From Eledone cirrhosa (lineage: Eukaryota), in NCBI GenBank assembly GCA_964016885.1, contig OZ024742.1:92876001-92940000 (forward strand): a stretch of DNA of 64,000 bases, in the 5' to 3' direction. Below the pieces are notes generated by a model, which had not been told where the DNA came from, did no database searches, and worked only from the letters and a program-made list of their open reading frames with translations. This document shows, in pieces, positions 1 to 12,369 of the stretch. The translations under genes and the position numbers were made by a program. Position 1 is the first letter of the stretch. The number at the start of each line of letters is the position of its first letter.

Positions 1-689
1 GTAGAAGTCGCACTGATAGACACATTTTTCAAATGCGAGAGGGCGCTATAGAAGTGGTGGATAGCTTCCGGTACCTAGGAGATCAGATTAGCATGGGAGG
101 AGGGTGTTCCGAGGCCATAGTATCTAGAATAAGGACGGGTTGGAAGAAGTTTAGGGAGCTGCTTCCTCTGTTGACGAAGAAGGGTTTCTCCCTGCGTACG
201 AAAGGCCGGTTGTATGATGCCTGTGTGAGGAGTGCGATGCTGCATGGTAGTGAGACATGGGCAGCAACCGCAGAGGATATGCGACGGCTGGTGAGAAATG
301 AGGCAAGCATGCTCCGTTGGATGTGCAGTGTAAATGTGCGTGAACGACCCAGCATAAGTGTGTTGAGAGAGAAACTGTGTCTGAGAGGGATAGAATGTAG
401 TGTACGGGAGAGGAGACTGAGGTGGTATGGACATGTGATGCGCATGGAGGATGACCGATGGGTGAAGAAGTGCCAGGAAATGCCAGTTGCGGGAAGACGT
501 GGTAGAGGTAGACCACGAAAAACATGGGCGGAGGTGGTGAGAACAGACCTCAGATCATTGAAGCTCACGGTGGAGATGACGAGGGACCGTGACGAGTGGA
601 GAGTTGCTGTGCTGAATAAGACCCGTCCCACCCTTGCAAGCAGGGAAAAGCGGACGTAAAATGATGATGATGATGATGATGATGATGAT
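1..689 (+). mobile_element. 3' end of an RTE-clade non-LTR retrotransposon (subfamily A; ORF runs almost to the tail) ending in (ATG)n
   Basis: Translation VDSFRYLGD...W.KFRELLP...MLHGSETW...LRWYGHVMR...GRPRKTW is the RTE C-terminus and aligns with the intact ORF at 36299-39562. It is followed by GGACGTAAA(ATG)n and then (TA)n. Confidence 0.93.
3..659 (+). CDS. C-terminal part of RTE ORF (open to the window edge)
   Basis: ORF 33..659. The frame stays open upstream to position 3 (RSRTDRHIFQM...). Confidence 0.8.
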   Translation, partial: RSRTDRHIFQMREGAIEVVDSFRYLGDQISMGGGCSEAIVSRIRTGWKKFRELLPLLTKKGFSLRTKGRLYDACVRSAMLHGSETWAATAEDMRRLVRNEASMLRWMCSVNVRERPSISVLREKLCLRGIECSVRERRLRWYGHVMRMEDDRWVKKCQEMPVAGRRGRGRPRKTWAEVVRTDLRSLKLTVEMTRDRDEWRVAVLNKTRPTLASREKRT

Positions 690-706
690 ACATATATATA
701 TATACA

Positions 707-1141
707 CACATACAGGTACACATACATATATGCACGTGTCAGTTTAGCGGACGCTTATTATAACGCCGCTTTGTTCGTTTGTAAACAAACTGAACAGCCT
801 GAATTTATGCCGTACGGTGTTAAGGCAACCACGTCACCTTTTTGTTCAACACTGACACAGGAACGATGTACTAGTTTCAAGCTTGTTAGCTATCATCAGC
901 ACCGTATACCCTTCTGCCAGATAGTTGAACGTTCGAAAGTATATACTTTCCTTATGAAAATTAACGGCTGAGCAGCCTAATTTGCATATCGAGTGAGTTA
1001 AGTCGGTCAGGCATACCGAAAACGATAAGTTGAAATAAAATGAAAACGAAATTTCATTTCTCACTCTTAGTACGGCACTTACTTAAATGTAAGTATGTAT
1101 GTATACGTACATACATATATGTATACAGACGTACAGTAGCA

Positions 1142-1209
<68 letters not shown>

Positions 1210-1874
1210 CAGGTACACATACATATATGCACGTATCAGTTTAGCGGACGCCTATTATAACGCCGCTTTGTTCGTTTGTAAACAAACTGAACATCCTGAA
1301 TTTATGCCGTACGGTGTTAAGGCAACCACGTCACCTTTTTGTTCAACACTGACACAGGAACGATGTACTAGTTTCAAGCTTGTTAGCTATCATCAGCACC
1401 GTATACCCGTATATACGTCTGTATACCCGTATATACGTCTGTATACCCGTATATACGTCTGTATACATATATGTATGTACGTATACATACATACTTACAT
1501 TTAAGTAAGTGCCGTACTAAGAGTGAGAAATGAAATTTCGTTTTCATTTTATTTCAACTTATCGTTTTCGGTATGCCTGACCGACTTAACTCACTCGATA
1601 TGCAAATTAGGCTGCTCAGCCGTTAATTTTCATAAGGAAAGTATATACTTTCGAACGTTCAACTATCTGGCAGAAGGGTATACGGTGTTGATGATAGCTA
1701 AGAAGCTTGAAACTAGTACATCGTTCCTGTGTCAGTGTTGAACAAAAAGGTGACGTGGTTGCCTTAACACCATACGGCATAAATTCAGGCTGTTCAGTTT
1801 GTTTACAAACGAACAAAGCGGCGTTATAATAAGCGTCCGCTAAACTGATACGTGCATATATGTATGTGTACCTG

Positions 1875-1921
<47 letters not shown>

Positions 1922-1956
1922 GTACATACATATATGTATACAGACGTACAATAGCA

Positions 1957-2020
<64 letters not shown>

Positions 2021-2135
2021 TGCTATTGTACGTCTGTATACATATATGTATGTACGTATACATACATACTTACATTTAAGTAAGTGCCGTACTAAGAGTG
2101 AGAAATGAAATTTCGTTTTCATTTTATTTCAACTT
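707..2135. repeat. ~430-bp unit present as direct, truncated and inverted copies separated by (TA)n
   Basis: Full copy ~707-1145, truncated direct copy ~1205-1408, 20-bp tandem GTATACCCGTATATACGTCT, inverted full copy ~1455-1878, and end fragments ~1917-1962 (+) and ~2016-2135 (-). The ORF track shows near-identical peptides on both strands. Confidence 0.9.
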
Positions 2136-2156
2136 ATATATATATATATGTATATA

Positions 2157-2263
<107 letters not shown>

Positions 2264-2678
2264 TTCAAGAGTAACCAATCTTAAAGAGAGAGATGGAGAT
2301 AGTAGAGGAGATATGAGAGGAGAGATTGCTGAGTTAGTTAGAAGCCAAAGCGTAAAGGCATATATGGAACATTATATTATGTAACATTATCCCATTATTT
2401 TAATTTATATTCCTTTGAGTTCCGATGAGCCACTCTGTTTTTTAAATATGTTAATTATTTTCCACTGAACCAGATCAATTATGATATATAGTCATCTGAT
2501 CCAGAAACATTATATGGAGTAGCGAAACAATTGTAAACGGACATTATTATTATTAATATTATTATTATTATTCTCTACATTCCTTACATCAAACTAAAAT
2601 ATGTTGACAATCTTTTAATAATGTCTTCCTTGTGAAGTTTGTGGTCTTGTTTTGCTTAACTAATGAATATATATATAT

Positions 2679-2826
2679 ACTGTAAATGTGGTTGGTGTTA
2701 GGAAGGGCATCCAGCTGTAGAAAACCCGCCAGACAGTCCTATGCGAGCAAGACAACCACTCTTGCCTCAAGTGGGAAAACTCCCGTCCAAACCCATGCAA
2801 GCGTGGACGTTAAACGATGATGATGA

Positions 2827-2830
<4 letters not shown>
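2679..2830 (+). mobile_element. Severely 5'-truncated RTE (3' UTR tip plus (GAT)n tail)
   Basis: Nearly identical to 39750-39920 of the intact RTE. Flanked by (TA)n on both sides. Confidence 0.88.
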
Positions 2831-2862
<32 letters not shown>

Positions 2863-2866
<4 letters not shown>

Positions 2867-5800
2867 ATGGACCAACATGAGGTATCTCCCTATTTAGATG
2901 TTATTTCTAGCACACATATGGACCACCATGAGGTTCCACATTTTTAGCTGCTATTTCTTCCACGCATAGGGACCGCCTTGTGGTCCCCCTATTTAGTTTC
3001 TATTTCTTGTTGATGTAGCTGTTATTTCTAATACACCTATTGACCGTCATGATTCCCTGTTTTTTTTGCTGATGTAACTTCTATTTCTAGCACACATATG
3101 TTCCCTCTGTTTAGCTGATGTAGCTGGTTTTCTAGCACACCCATGGACCACCATGTGGTTCCTCCTATTTAGTTGCTATTTCTAGCACATCTATGGACCA
3201 CTATGAGGTACCCCCTATTTAGCTGCTATTTCTAGCCCACCTATGTGCCACCAGGAGGTTCTCCCTGTTTAGCTGATATAGCTGCTTTTTCTAGCACACC
3301 TATAGACCTTTATGAGATTCTTCTATTTAGCAGCTATTTTTAGCACACCTAAGGACCACCATGAATTTCCCTGTATTTAGCTGTTATTTTGTAGCACACC
3401 TATGGTCTACCTTGAGATTCCCATTATTTAGCTGTTATTTCTAGCACATTTATGGACCACATGTGGTTACCATTTTTTAGCTACTATTTCTAGCACACTT
3501 ATAGACTTATAGACCACCATGAGTTTCCCCTATCTAGCTGCTATTTCTACCACACATATTGACCACTTTTCAGCAGCTATTTCTATCACACATATTAACC
3601 ACCTTTCAGCTGCTATTTCTAGGGCACATGGACCTCCACGAATTCCCTCTATTTAGCTGCTATTTCTAGTACACCTATTGATTACCATGCGCTTCCCCCT
3701 GTTAAGCTGATGTAACTGTTTTTTTAGTAGACCCATGGACCACCAGGTGGTTCCTCCTATTTAGTTGCTATTTCTAGCACACGTATGGGCCACCATGAAA
3801 TTCCCTATTTAGCTGCTATTTCTAACATATATATAGACTACTATGTGGTTTTCCTATTTAGCTGCTAATTATAGGACACAAATGGATCACAATGAAGTTC
3901 CCCTATTTAGCTGCTGTTTATAGCACATCAATGGACTACCTAGAGATTCCCATTATTTAGCTGCTATTTCAAGCACACTTATTGTCCACCATGAGGTTCC
4001 CCTATTTAGCTGCTATTTCTAGCACATATATGGACCTCTATGAGGTTTTCTTATTTAGCTGCTATTTCTAACACACCTATGGACCAAGAGATTTCACTTT
4101 TTAGCTGCTATTTCTAGATCATTTTTTGACTACCTTGAGGTTTCCATTATTTAGCTGCTATTTCTAGATCTCATATGGTTCAACATGTGGTTGCCCCTAT
4201 TTAGCTACTCTTTCTAGCACTTATATGGACTCTATTTTTAGCATACATATGAACTACCATTAGTGTCCCGTATTTAGCTGCTATTTCTAGCACATTTATG
4301 GCCCCAATGATGTTTCGCTGTTTTGTTGCTATTCCTAGCACACATATGGACCACCATGAGGTTTTCTTATTTAGCTGCTATTTCTATATGGACCACGATC
4401 AGGTTGCCCAATTTAGCTGCTATTTCTAGCACACCTATGGACCACCATGAGGTTACCCCTCTTTAGTTGCTACTTCTAGCACACCTATGTACCAATATGA
4501 TGTTTAGTTGCTATTTCTAGTACAGATATGCACCACCATGAGGTTTTCCTATTTAGCTGCTATTTCTAGGACACCTATGGACAGCAATCTGGTTCCCCTA
4601 TTTACCTGCTTTTCTAGCACACGTATGGATCACCATGAGGGTCCCCTATTTAGCTGCTATTTCTAGCACGCTTATGAACCACCATGTGGTCCCCTCTATT
4701 TAGCTTCTTCTATTTGATGTAGATGCTATTTCTAATGCACATATGGACCATCATGTGATTCCCCCTGTTTTATGCTGATGTAACTGCTATTTCTAGCACA
4801 CCTATGGACTACCATAAGGTTTCCTCTGTATATCTACTTTTTCTAGCATACATATAGACCACCATAAGGTTACCCTATTTAGCTGCTATTTCTAGCACAC
4901 ATATATAGACCCCCATGAGTTTCATCTATTTAGCTGCTATTTCTAGCACTGCTATTTCCACCATGAGGTTCCACTTTATTTTGCTGCTATTTCTAGCACC
5001 CATATGGACCATCATGAGGTTTTCCTTGTTTAGCTAATGTAGCTGCTATTTCTAGCACATCTTTGGTTCAACACGAGGTTCCCCTATTTAGCTGCTATTT
5101 CTAGCACAGCTATGGACCACCATGGTGTTCCTCTATTAAGCTGTTCTTTCTAGCACACCTATGTACCACCAGGAGGTTCTCCCTGTCTAGCTGATGTAGC
5201 TGCTTTTTTTAGCACATCTATGGACGTCCATGCGATTCCTCCTATTTAGTTGCTATTTCTAGTACATCAATGGACCACCATGAGGTCCCTCTATTTAGCT
5301 GCTATTTCTAACACACCTAAGGACTACCATGAGGTTGCCATTATTTAGCTGCAATTTCTAGCAGACCTATGGGTCACCATCTGGTTTCCCCTATTTAGCT
5401 AATATTTCTAGCACACATATAGACCACCATGAATTTCTTCTCTTTAGCTGCTATTTTTAGCATACCCATGGACATCCATGAGGTTCCCTCTATTTAGCTG
5501 CTTTTTCAAGAGCACCTTTGGATCACCAGGAGCTTCTCCTTTTTAGCTGATGTAGCTGCTATTTCTAGCACACTTATGGTCCACAATCTCGTTCCCCCTA
5601 TTTAGCTGCTATTTATAGCAAATTCCTGTTTAGCTGATGTAGCTGATTTTTCTAGCACACCTAATGACCACCACGAGATTCCCTTTATTTAACTGATATC
5701 TCTAGCAGACTTACAAACCACCACAAGGTTCTCCCTGTTTAGCTGATGTAGCTGTTCTCTCTCTCACACCTATGGATCATCATAAGTTTCCCAAAATTTT

Positions 5801-6115
5801 GCTGTTATTTCTAGCACACCTATGGACCACTTTGAGGTTTCCTCTGTTCAGATGATGTAGCTGTTATTTCTAGCATACCTATTGTCTACCACGAGTTTCC
5901 CCTATTTAGCTACTATTTCTAGCACACCTATGGACCACTATGAGGTTCCCCTATTTAGCTGCTATTTCTAGGACTCTATGGACCACCATGAGGTTATTTT
6001 TTATTTAGCTGCTATTTCTAGCACAACTACAGACCACCACAAGGTTCCCCCTGTTTAGCTGATGTGGTTGCTCTTTCTAGCGCACCAATCGACCACCATG
6101 GTGTTCCGCCTATTA
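2863..6115. repeat. Degenerate minisatellite, ~49-50-bp unit (variant ~60 bp), roughly 60 copies
   Basis: Consensus TATTTAGCTGCTATTTCTAGCACACCTATGGACCACCATGAGGTTCCCC. Some units carry an extra TGTTTAGCTGATG segment. Confidence 0.95.
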
Positions 6116-6199
6116 ATTTCACTGTCAAAAATATATATAATCGTCCTTCTTTTTTTCTTTCTTTCTTTTTTTTCTCTCTCCCTCACATATCACCTTCTT

Positions 6200-8300
6200 C
6201 CAACAGTTTAATTTAAATAAACCGTTATCTTTTCAACCTTTCGGACACTCATTTGCATACTCAATCATAATTTTCTATCACCCTCAATAAATGTAATATC
6301 TCCACTATCCAGGAAGCTCCAACCGTTAAGGTTGTCTTTTTTCAGGGTATGTCAATATTTATTTATGTGAAGTAGAGATAATAGAAAATAATTTAAGTAT
6401 ATGAATCATATATGGATATAGAAGATATTATGTAAAAGAGATAAGTCGTATATTACATTTTATATATATATTTAAAAGTTTAATTTAAACGATGTTTGCA
6501 AGAACTGAATAAATTGTTCCTCAAATTAATAGAGTTCTTACTTTTTAGTATAAAGAATATTTCTTCGACACAAAGGGAACAATTTTTGGATAAAGCAGTG
6601 TATGAAGGAGCTTTGGAGATAATATTCCAAAGTAAAGAATAGTTAATGTTCTTTGATTTCAGGTCCCATAGTAAGTTAGATAGAGAAGTTGAAGATTTTT
6701 TACCAATATTCGTAAAAGAACATTTGTGGTTATTAAAACGGGACTTGAAGTCTGTGGAGGTAGAGCCTACATAATTAAAGGAGTTTACATTTGTTTTAAC
6801 ATTACAATTGTATACTATATTTTTAACTAAAAAATTATTATTTAGAGGACAGTTAGATTTATTTCTACAATTACATTTACCTAAATTTAAATTACTAGGA
6901 GCCGTAACATTATATTGGATATTGCTAGGGGTATTAATGCTATTCTAGTTAGGTTTTAAGTTTCTATTATTAATTCTATTAATATTCTGCGCTAAATTCA
7001 TAGTGGTGGAATATGAGAGTTTAATAGTATGTCTATTAAATATTGAGTAATACCTGTGTGTTCTAGGAAAGCATTTATCTAGAGCTTTAAAGAATAATTT
7101 CGCAATAGGAGTTTTAATACTTAATGAGAAAGGGGGAGCAAACCATAATATATTTCTAGTTCTATTTTTTCTTTTGGTTTTCGAGTTAGTGTAAGGTTTT
7201 CAATTATAATATATATAGTTATGGTTAGTTGGCACATCCTTATTATCAATGTATTTAATTTTATTACTATAGCCTGCTCTACCTAACGCTTCGTTATAAT
7301 ATTGTGCCTTATCTTCAAATATATTTTTATTAGCTGAAATTCTAGAAATACGTTGCTGCACAGAATTTATAATAGTGTTTTTAACGGATCTGGGGTGATT
7401 GGAATTAAAGTTAACATAGTTTAGATTCTCATTTATTTTATGAAATGGATAATAAAGACCAGTGTTAAGGTTTAAAGTTACATCTAAAAAATTAACTATT
7501 TTATAATTATTCTCTACTTCTACTTTAAGATTAAGGCAATTAAAAAATTGTATAATTTCTTTTCTTTTCCTATTTATTTCACAATTATTATTATTTTCTA
7601 TAAGTAATAGCATATCGTCACGATATAAACCACCGGTCATCTCCAGGTATTTTCCTATGTAAAGTATTGTTAATAAAAAGCCCCACAAGATCCGTTATTT
7701 GTGCCGAGTCGGATCTGTCTGCTCTAGTCCAGAGGTGGTTGTTAAATTTAATTAATGTTTTATGTGCAGTTAAGATAATGTGCATTTCATTACTAGTTAA
7801 ATCTGTATTTTTAAATGCATATGTAAGGGCTTTATTAAGTAGATTAGGAGTGATAGATGAGTAATAATTAGCAATATCCAATTGAATAAATTTATTGTTA
7901 AACTAGTCGATAACTTCATTAGTCCCATTCCATAATTTTGTGGTATGATTCTATCTAAAATATTCTTGCTAAGTATGCCAAGGTCCGATTTAGATGGTGC
8001 AATCAATCTAAATGGTAATTCAATTTCAAAATTTCTTTTATGGTCCTTCATATTCATTTTTGGTTTCCTAGATATGAAGGGTTAAGTCCTATTTTCGATG
8101 CCTAATTCCTGCATTATATAAGAAGCTTCCGTATTTAGTTTTTCAAGGTCATCACTGGTTGCTCTTTTGTAATTCTTCCTTAATTCCTTCAATATAAGAT
8201 CATTGTAATTATCCTTTTGCATTTCATAAAGATTGTTGGTTTTATCTGATTTAACTAGAATTTTTTCCGTTTTTTCAAAGCTTTCTAATACCCTTATGTT
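6200..8300 (-). mobile_element. Decayed Penelope-like element of Naiad type (RT plus C-terminal GIY-YIG endonuclease)
   Basis: Minus-strand RT fragments MKDHKRNF...RLIAPSKSDLG, DIANYYSSI, DSAQITDLVG, GGLYRDD, VNFLDVTL, YVNFNSNHP. Manual translation of ~6880-6485 gives CNCRNKSNCPL..LVKNIVY...YVGSTSTDFKSRFNNHK...CSLCVEE...CKH. Stops and frameshifts are present. Confidence 0.88.
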
Positions 8301-8309
8301 CTATGGGTA

Positions 8310-8834
8310 AATTAGAGAACATAGAAATAAAAATAGAATCTACACACAGATAAGACGCAATGTTTAGACAAATCACAGAGGCAATAAACATAAAAGAATT
8401 ACAACCAAAATTAAATAGAAAACATGAGTGGAACAGCAACATCACAACTTACAATTAAGGACAAAATGAAAACACACACGCACATAGAACAAACAACCAA
8501 CCAGTAACATGTAAATAAACAAATAAATAAACGAATATAAACACACACAGACACCCGGATGTGGCGCATGCGCAGACCGAGCACACAACACACACACAGA
8601 AACAAGATGGCGTAGGACAGAACAAAGGAGAGGCACAAAAACAAAGAAAAGAATCCCCAGTCACTGAAGAAGTCACAGAATGTGTGACGAAAGAACTTTG
8701 ACGATATATAAACAACCATCTGGATGTGGAACCAACCAACCAACCGGAAATTTATAAATTCCTAAATTTATAAATTGAAGTGAAAGCAACTGGTGCGTGT
8801 GTTTCTTATTGGCAACATGACCCTCCCAAAGTAT

Positions 8835-8840
<6 letters not shown>
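8310..8840 (+). mobile_element. 3' end/pseudo-LTR of a second Penelope-like family
   Basis: Plus-strand translation ..MFRQITEAINIKELQPKLNRKHEW resembles a PLE GIY-YIG C-terminus. It is followed by a hammerhead motif. Homologous copies lie at 55595-56110 (-), 51560-51850 (+) and ~40348-40410 (-). Confidence 0.75.
8660..8702 (+). ncRNA. Minimal type-I hammerhead ribozyme motif in Penelope pLTR
   Basis: GTCA-CTGAAGA-A-GTCACA-gaatg-TGTGAC-GAAA-gaac-TT-TGAC: core boxes present, 6-bp stem II, 4-bp stem I, very short stem III. Confidence 0.7.
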
Positions 8841-8885
<45 letters not shown>

Positions 8886-9769
8886 GTATAGGATTATCCT
8901 GGATGCAGTAATGGTTAATTACTACACTGGATAGAATTGACGTACGGTGAGAGGTTACTCAACGAGTTATGGAAGAATTGTTGAAGATACTTAGTTCCTG
9001 ATCTTTCTGTATTCCGGAGTGTAGATAAAGAATGAATAATAACAGGTGGACATCATAAAAAGGTAATTTATTCTGTGTGCTTACAAATGTTTCCATCAGA
9101 TGTTTAGATCAGATTAGAGCAAAAATCACGTGCGCTCTATATCAAAATTATTTTTGAAAAGCATAAGAAACTTAAAACTAAAACTGAATACTAACTAATA
9201 CTTATTACTAATTTATACTTATTCCTAATTAAACTATTTTTCATTGGGAAAAATTTGTCAACATTTTCTTTTCCTTTTTACTAATATATATATGTATAGG
9301 TTATATACATATGTATATATATGTATATGCATATATATATGTATATATATATAAATGTATATATATGTATATGCATATATATGTATATATATGTATATGC
9401 ATATATATATGTATGTGCATATATATATGCAAATATATGCATATGTATGTATATGTATATATATATGAAAATTTTATCCACTGTCATGATTTGATTTACA
9501 GTGCAAGATGGTGGCAATTAAAATATAATGAAATATGTAAAGAAGTAAATTATTGCTTCCATATACTGCTGCTGTTGTTGTTTTGGTATTTGTTGTTGTT
9601 AGTGTTATTGTAGCTGTTTTTGTTGTAGTGGTGGTGGTAGTTGCAGTGTTGTGGTGTTGGAGGTATGGAAGGATGTTTCTGTTTTGAAGCTATACTTATT
9701 CATTTATTTGAAATTAGGTAGAATAAAAGATAATTAATTATAAAGAGGAAATAACATATCAAATCATTT

Positions 9770-10860
9770 GAAGAAGACTGTTGTGGTGGTGATGTTGGAG
9801 GTGTCTTTGGTATTGGTGGTGGTAGTGGTGATTGTGTTGTTGTTGGTGGTGGTAGTGGTGATGGTGTTGTTGTTGGAGGTGTCTTTGGTATTGGTGGTGG
9901 TAGTGCTGATGGTGTTGTTGTTGTTGGTGGTGGTAGTGGTGATGGTGTTGTTGGTGGTGGTAGTGGTGATGGTGTTGTTGTTGGAGGTGTCTTTGGTATT
10001 GGTGGTGGTAGCGGTGATGGTGTTGTTGTTGTTGGTGGTGGTAGTGGTGATGGTGTTGTTGGTGGTGGTAGTGGTGATGGTGTTGTTGTTGGAGGTGTCT
10101 TTGGTATTGGTGGTGGTAGTGGTGATGGTGTTGTTGTTGGTGGTGGTAGTGGTGATGGTGTTGTTGTTGGTGGTGGTAGTGGTGATGGTGTTGTTGTTGG
10201 TGGTGGTAGTGGTGATGGTGTTGTTGTTGGTGGTAGTAGTGGTGATGGTGTTGTTGTTGGTGGTGGTAGTGGTGATGGTGTTGTTGGTGGTAGTGGTGAT
10301 GGTGTTGTTGTTGGTGGTGGTAGTGGTGATGGTGTTGTTGTTGGTGGTGGTAGTGGTGATGGTGTTGTTGGTGGTGGTAGTGGTGATGGTGTTGTTGTTG
10401 GTGGTGGTAGTGGTGATGGTGTTGTTGTTGGTGGTGGTAGTGGTGATGGTGTTGTTGTTGGTGGTGGTAGTGGTGATGGTGTTGTTGTTGGTGGTAGTAG
10501 TGGTGATGGTGTTGTTGTTGGTGGTGGTAGTGGTGATGGTGTTGTTGTTGGTGGTGGTAGTGGTGATGGTGTTGTTGTTGGTGGTAGTGGTGATGGTGTT
10601 GTTGTTGGTGGTGGTAGTGGTGATGGTGTTGTTGGTGGTGGTAGTGGTGATGGTGTTGTTGTTGGTGGTGGTAGTGGTGATGGTGTTGTTGTTGGTGGTT
10701 GTAGTGGTGATGGTGTTGTTGTTGGAGGTGTCTTTGGTATTGGTAGTGGTAGTGGTGATGGTGTTGTTGTTGGAGGTGTCTTTGGTATTGGTAGTGGTAG
10801 TGGTGATGGTGTTGTTGTTGGTGGTGTTGGAGGTGTCTTTGGTACTGGTGGTGGTAGTGA
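9770..10860. repeat. Trinucleotide-based 30-bp minisatellite (GGTGGTGGTAGTGGTGATGGTGTTGTTGTT)n with occasional GAGGTGTCTTTGGTATT inserts
   Basis: Direct reading of the sequence. It produces the spurious poly-NT and poly-VL ORFs. Confidence 0.92.
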
Positions 10861-12369
10861 ATATGTCTGTAGTAGTGGTGGTGTTGTCTTTTGTAGTCAT
10901 GTTTGAGATGTATTTGTTGGTGATGGCAGTGTTAGTGGTGGTGGTTGTAGTGGATTGTGTTGAAAGTGTCTATGGGGGTAGTGTCTTTGATGGTAGTGGT
11001 GATGAATATGACTTTGGTGGTAGTAGTGGCAGTGTTAGTAATGGTATCTTTGATTTGTGATAGCAGTAGCAGTGAGGAATGTCTTTTGGGGTTGTGGTGG
11101 TAGTGGCAGTGTTAGTGAATATATCTTTGCTGGTGGTGGTAGTGAGTCTTCAGTGATGGTGGTGATGTTTGTGGCATTTTTGCCCAAAACACAACACACA
11201 TTGATCGTGGACTTGAGGTCTGCCAAAGGATTTCTGAGTTCAATACGCCACCAGTTATTGAGTATTGAACTGGGGTTGAATATTTTTCTTCTTTGTCTTT
11301 CGGAATCAACCGATTTACTATCTCAAGATCTCACCCTACTCCTATCTCACTAAAATACACTCCCTGTCCTGTTTTCAGAACATAATTATTGAACATGAAA
11401 AGGCCACAATATGACTGACTCTCCTGCTAGAAATAGCAGCCAAATCTCTTTCAAGTCACACCTTTTTTTCGAAAAAAGGAGGTACATCCTCTTTCTCCTC
11501 TTGCATTTTCCTTTCCACTTCCTCCCTCTCCCACTTCCTCTCCTCCGCCTCCTCCATGTTATCATTATTTAACATCTACTTATCTTCTTTCCATGCTGGC
11601 ATGCTTTAGACTGATTTTCATGATATGTGACTAGATGTGTCAGTCAGACCACATCTTGCTCATACATTGCATATTTTGGCATAGATTTTATGCTTGGATG
11701 CTCTTCCTAACACCAACCATTTTAAAACTTGCACTGAGGGAAATTTATCTTGTCATCATCACTCACATTCCTGAGTGTACTGGGCGCATTTAATGGAACC
11801 AATACTAGAGAGGTTGCCATGTATTCGTTAAAACTGAAGAGTCCTCTCTACTCTATATTTTCTCTGATTGCAAACCAGACTGACTATACAGGGTGAATTT
11901 TCTTATGACAATAGTGAGGTCCTAATAGGACCAAAATTGTACAGACTGGCTAATTGGATAATAATACAATGTCTGAATATAAGATGGAATGGACATGTCT
12001 GAAAAATCTTTGATCATATGATCTATGAAGAAACTGATTGACATGCTACAAATAGCAAACAAATCTCCTTCATTAGAAAGTGGACGTTAAACGATGATGA
12101 TAATGATGATGATGATATATGTATATTTGTATATGTATATATATATATATATATATATGTATATACATATACCTTTCAGACCAATAGTTATAAGGGCTTT
12201 GGAAAGGATAGTGAAAGAGTCTGGCCTGGCAGGTGTCCCAGGGCAATGTAGCCTGGACCGATTGTCATCCTGCTACTGTGAGAAATTTCAAGTTTAAGCG
12301 TTTGAATATTGGGAGTTGGATTTTTCACACCTTACTAGATTCACAGTATTCTACAAACCCTCTTTTTAT

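Noticed and set aside
83-727. Antisense ORFs over RTE and CR1 sequences (also 38986-39486, 44286-44678, 62673-63092)
   Set aside because: These are shadow frames of retroelement coding sequence with no independent features.
2863-6115. CRISPR-like repeat-spacer array
   Set aside because: The sequence between the conserved cores is itself a degenerate copy of one consensus rather than unique spacers. The context is eukaryotic, with no cas genes.
6480-6890. Selenocysteine recoding in the Naiad-like element
   Set aside because: No in-frame TGA at cysteine positions in the translated endonuclease region. The interrupting stop upstream is TAG.
9764-11060. 378-aa Thr/Asn mucin-like ORF (-) and 430-aa Val/Leu ORF (+)
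   Set aside because: Both are readings of a stop-free trinucleotide-based minisatellite, with no signal peptide or non-repetitive domain. Similar repeats occur at ~41 kb.
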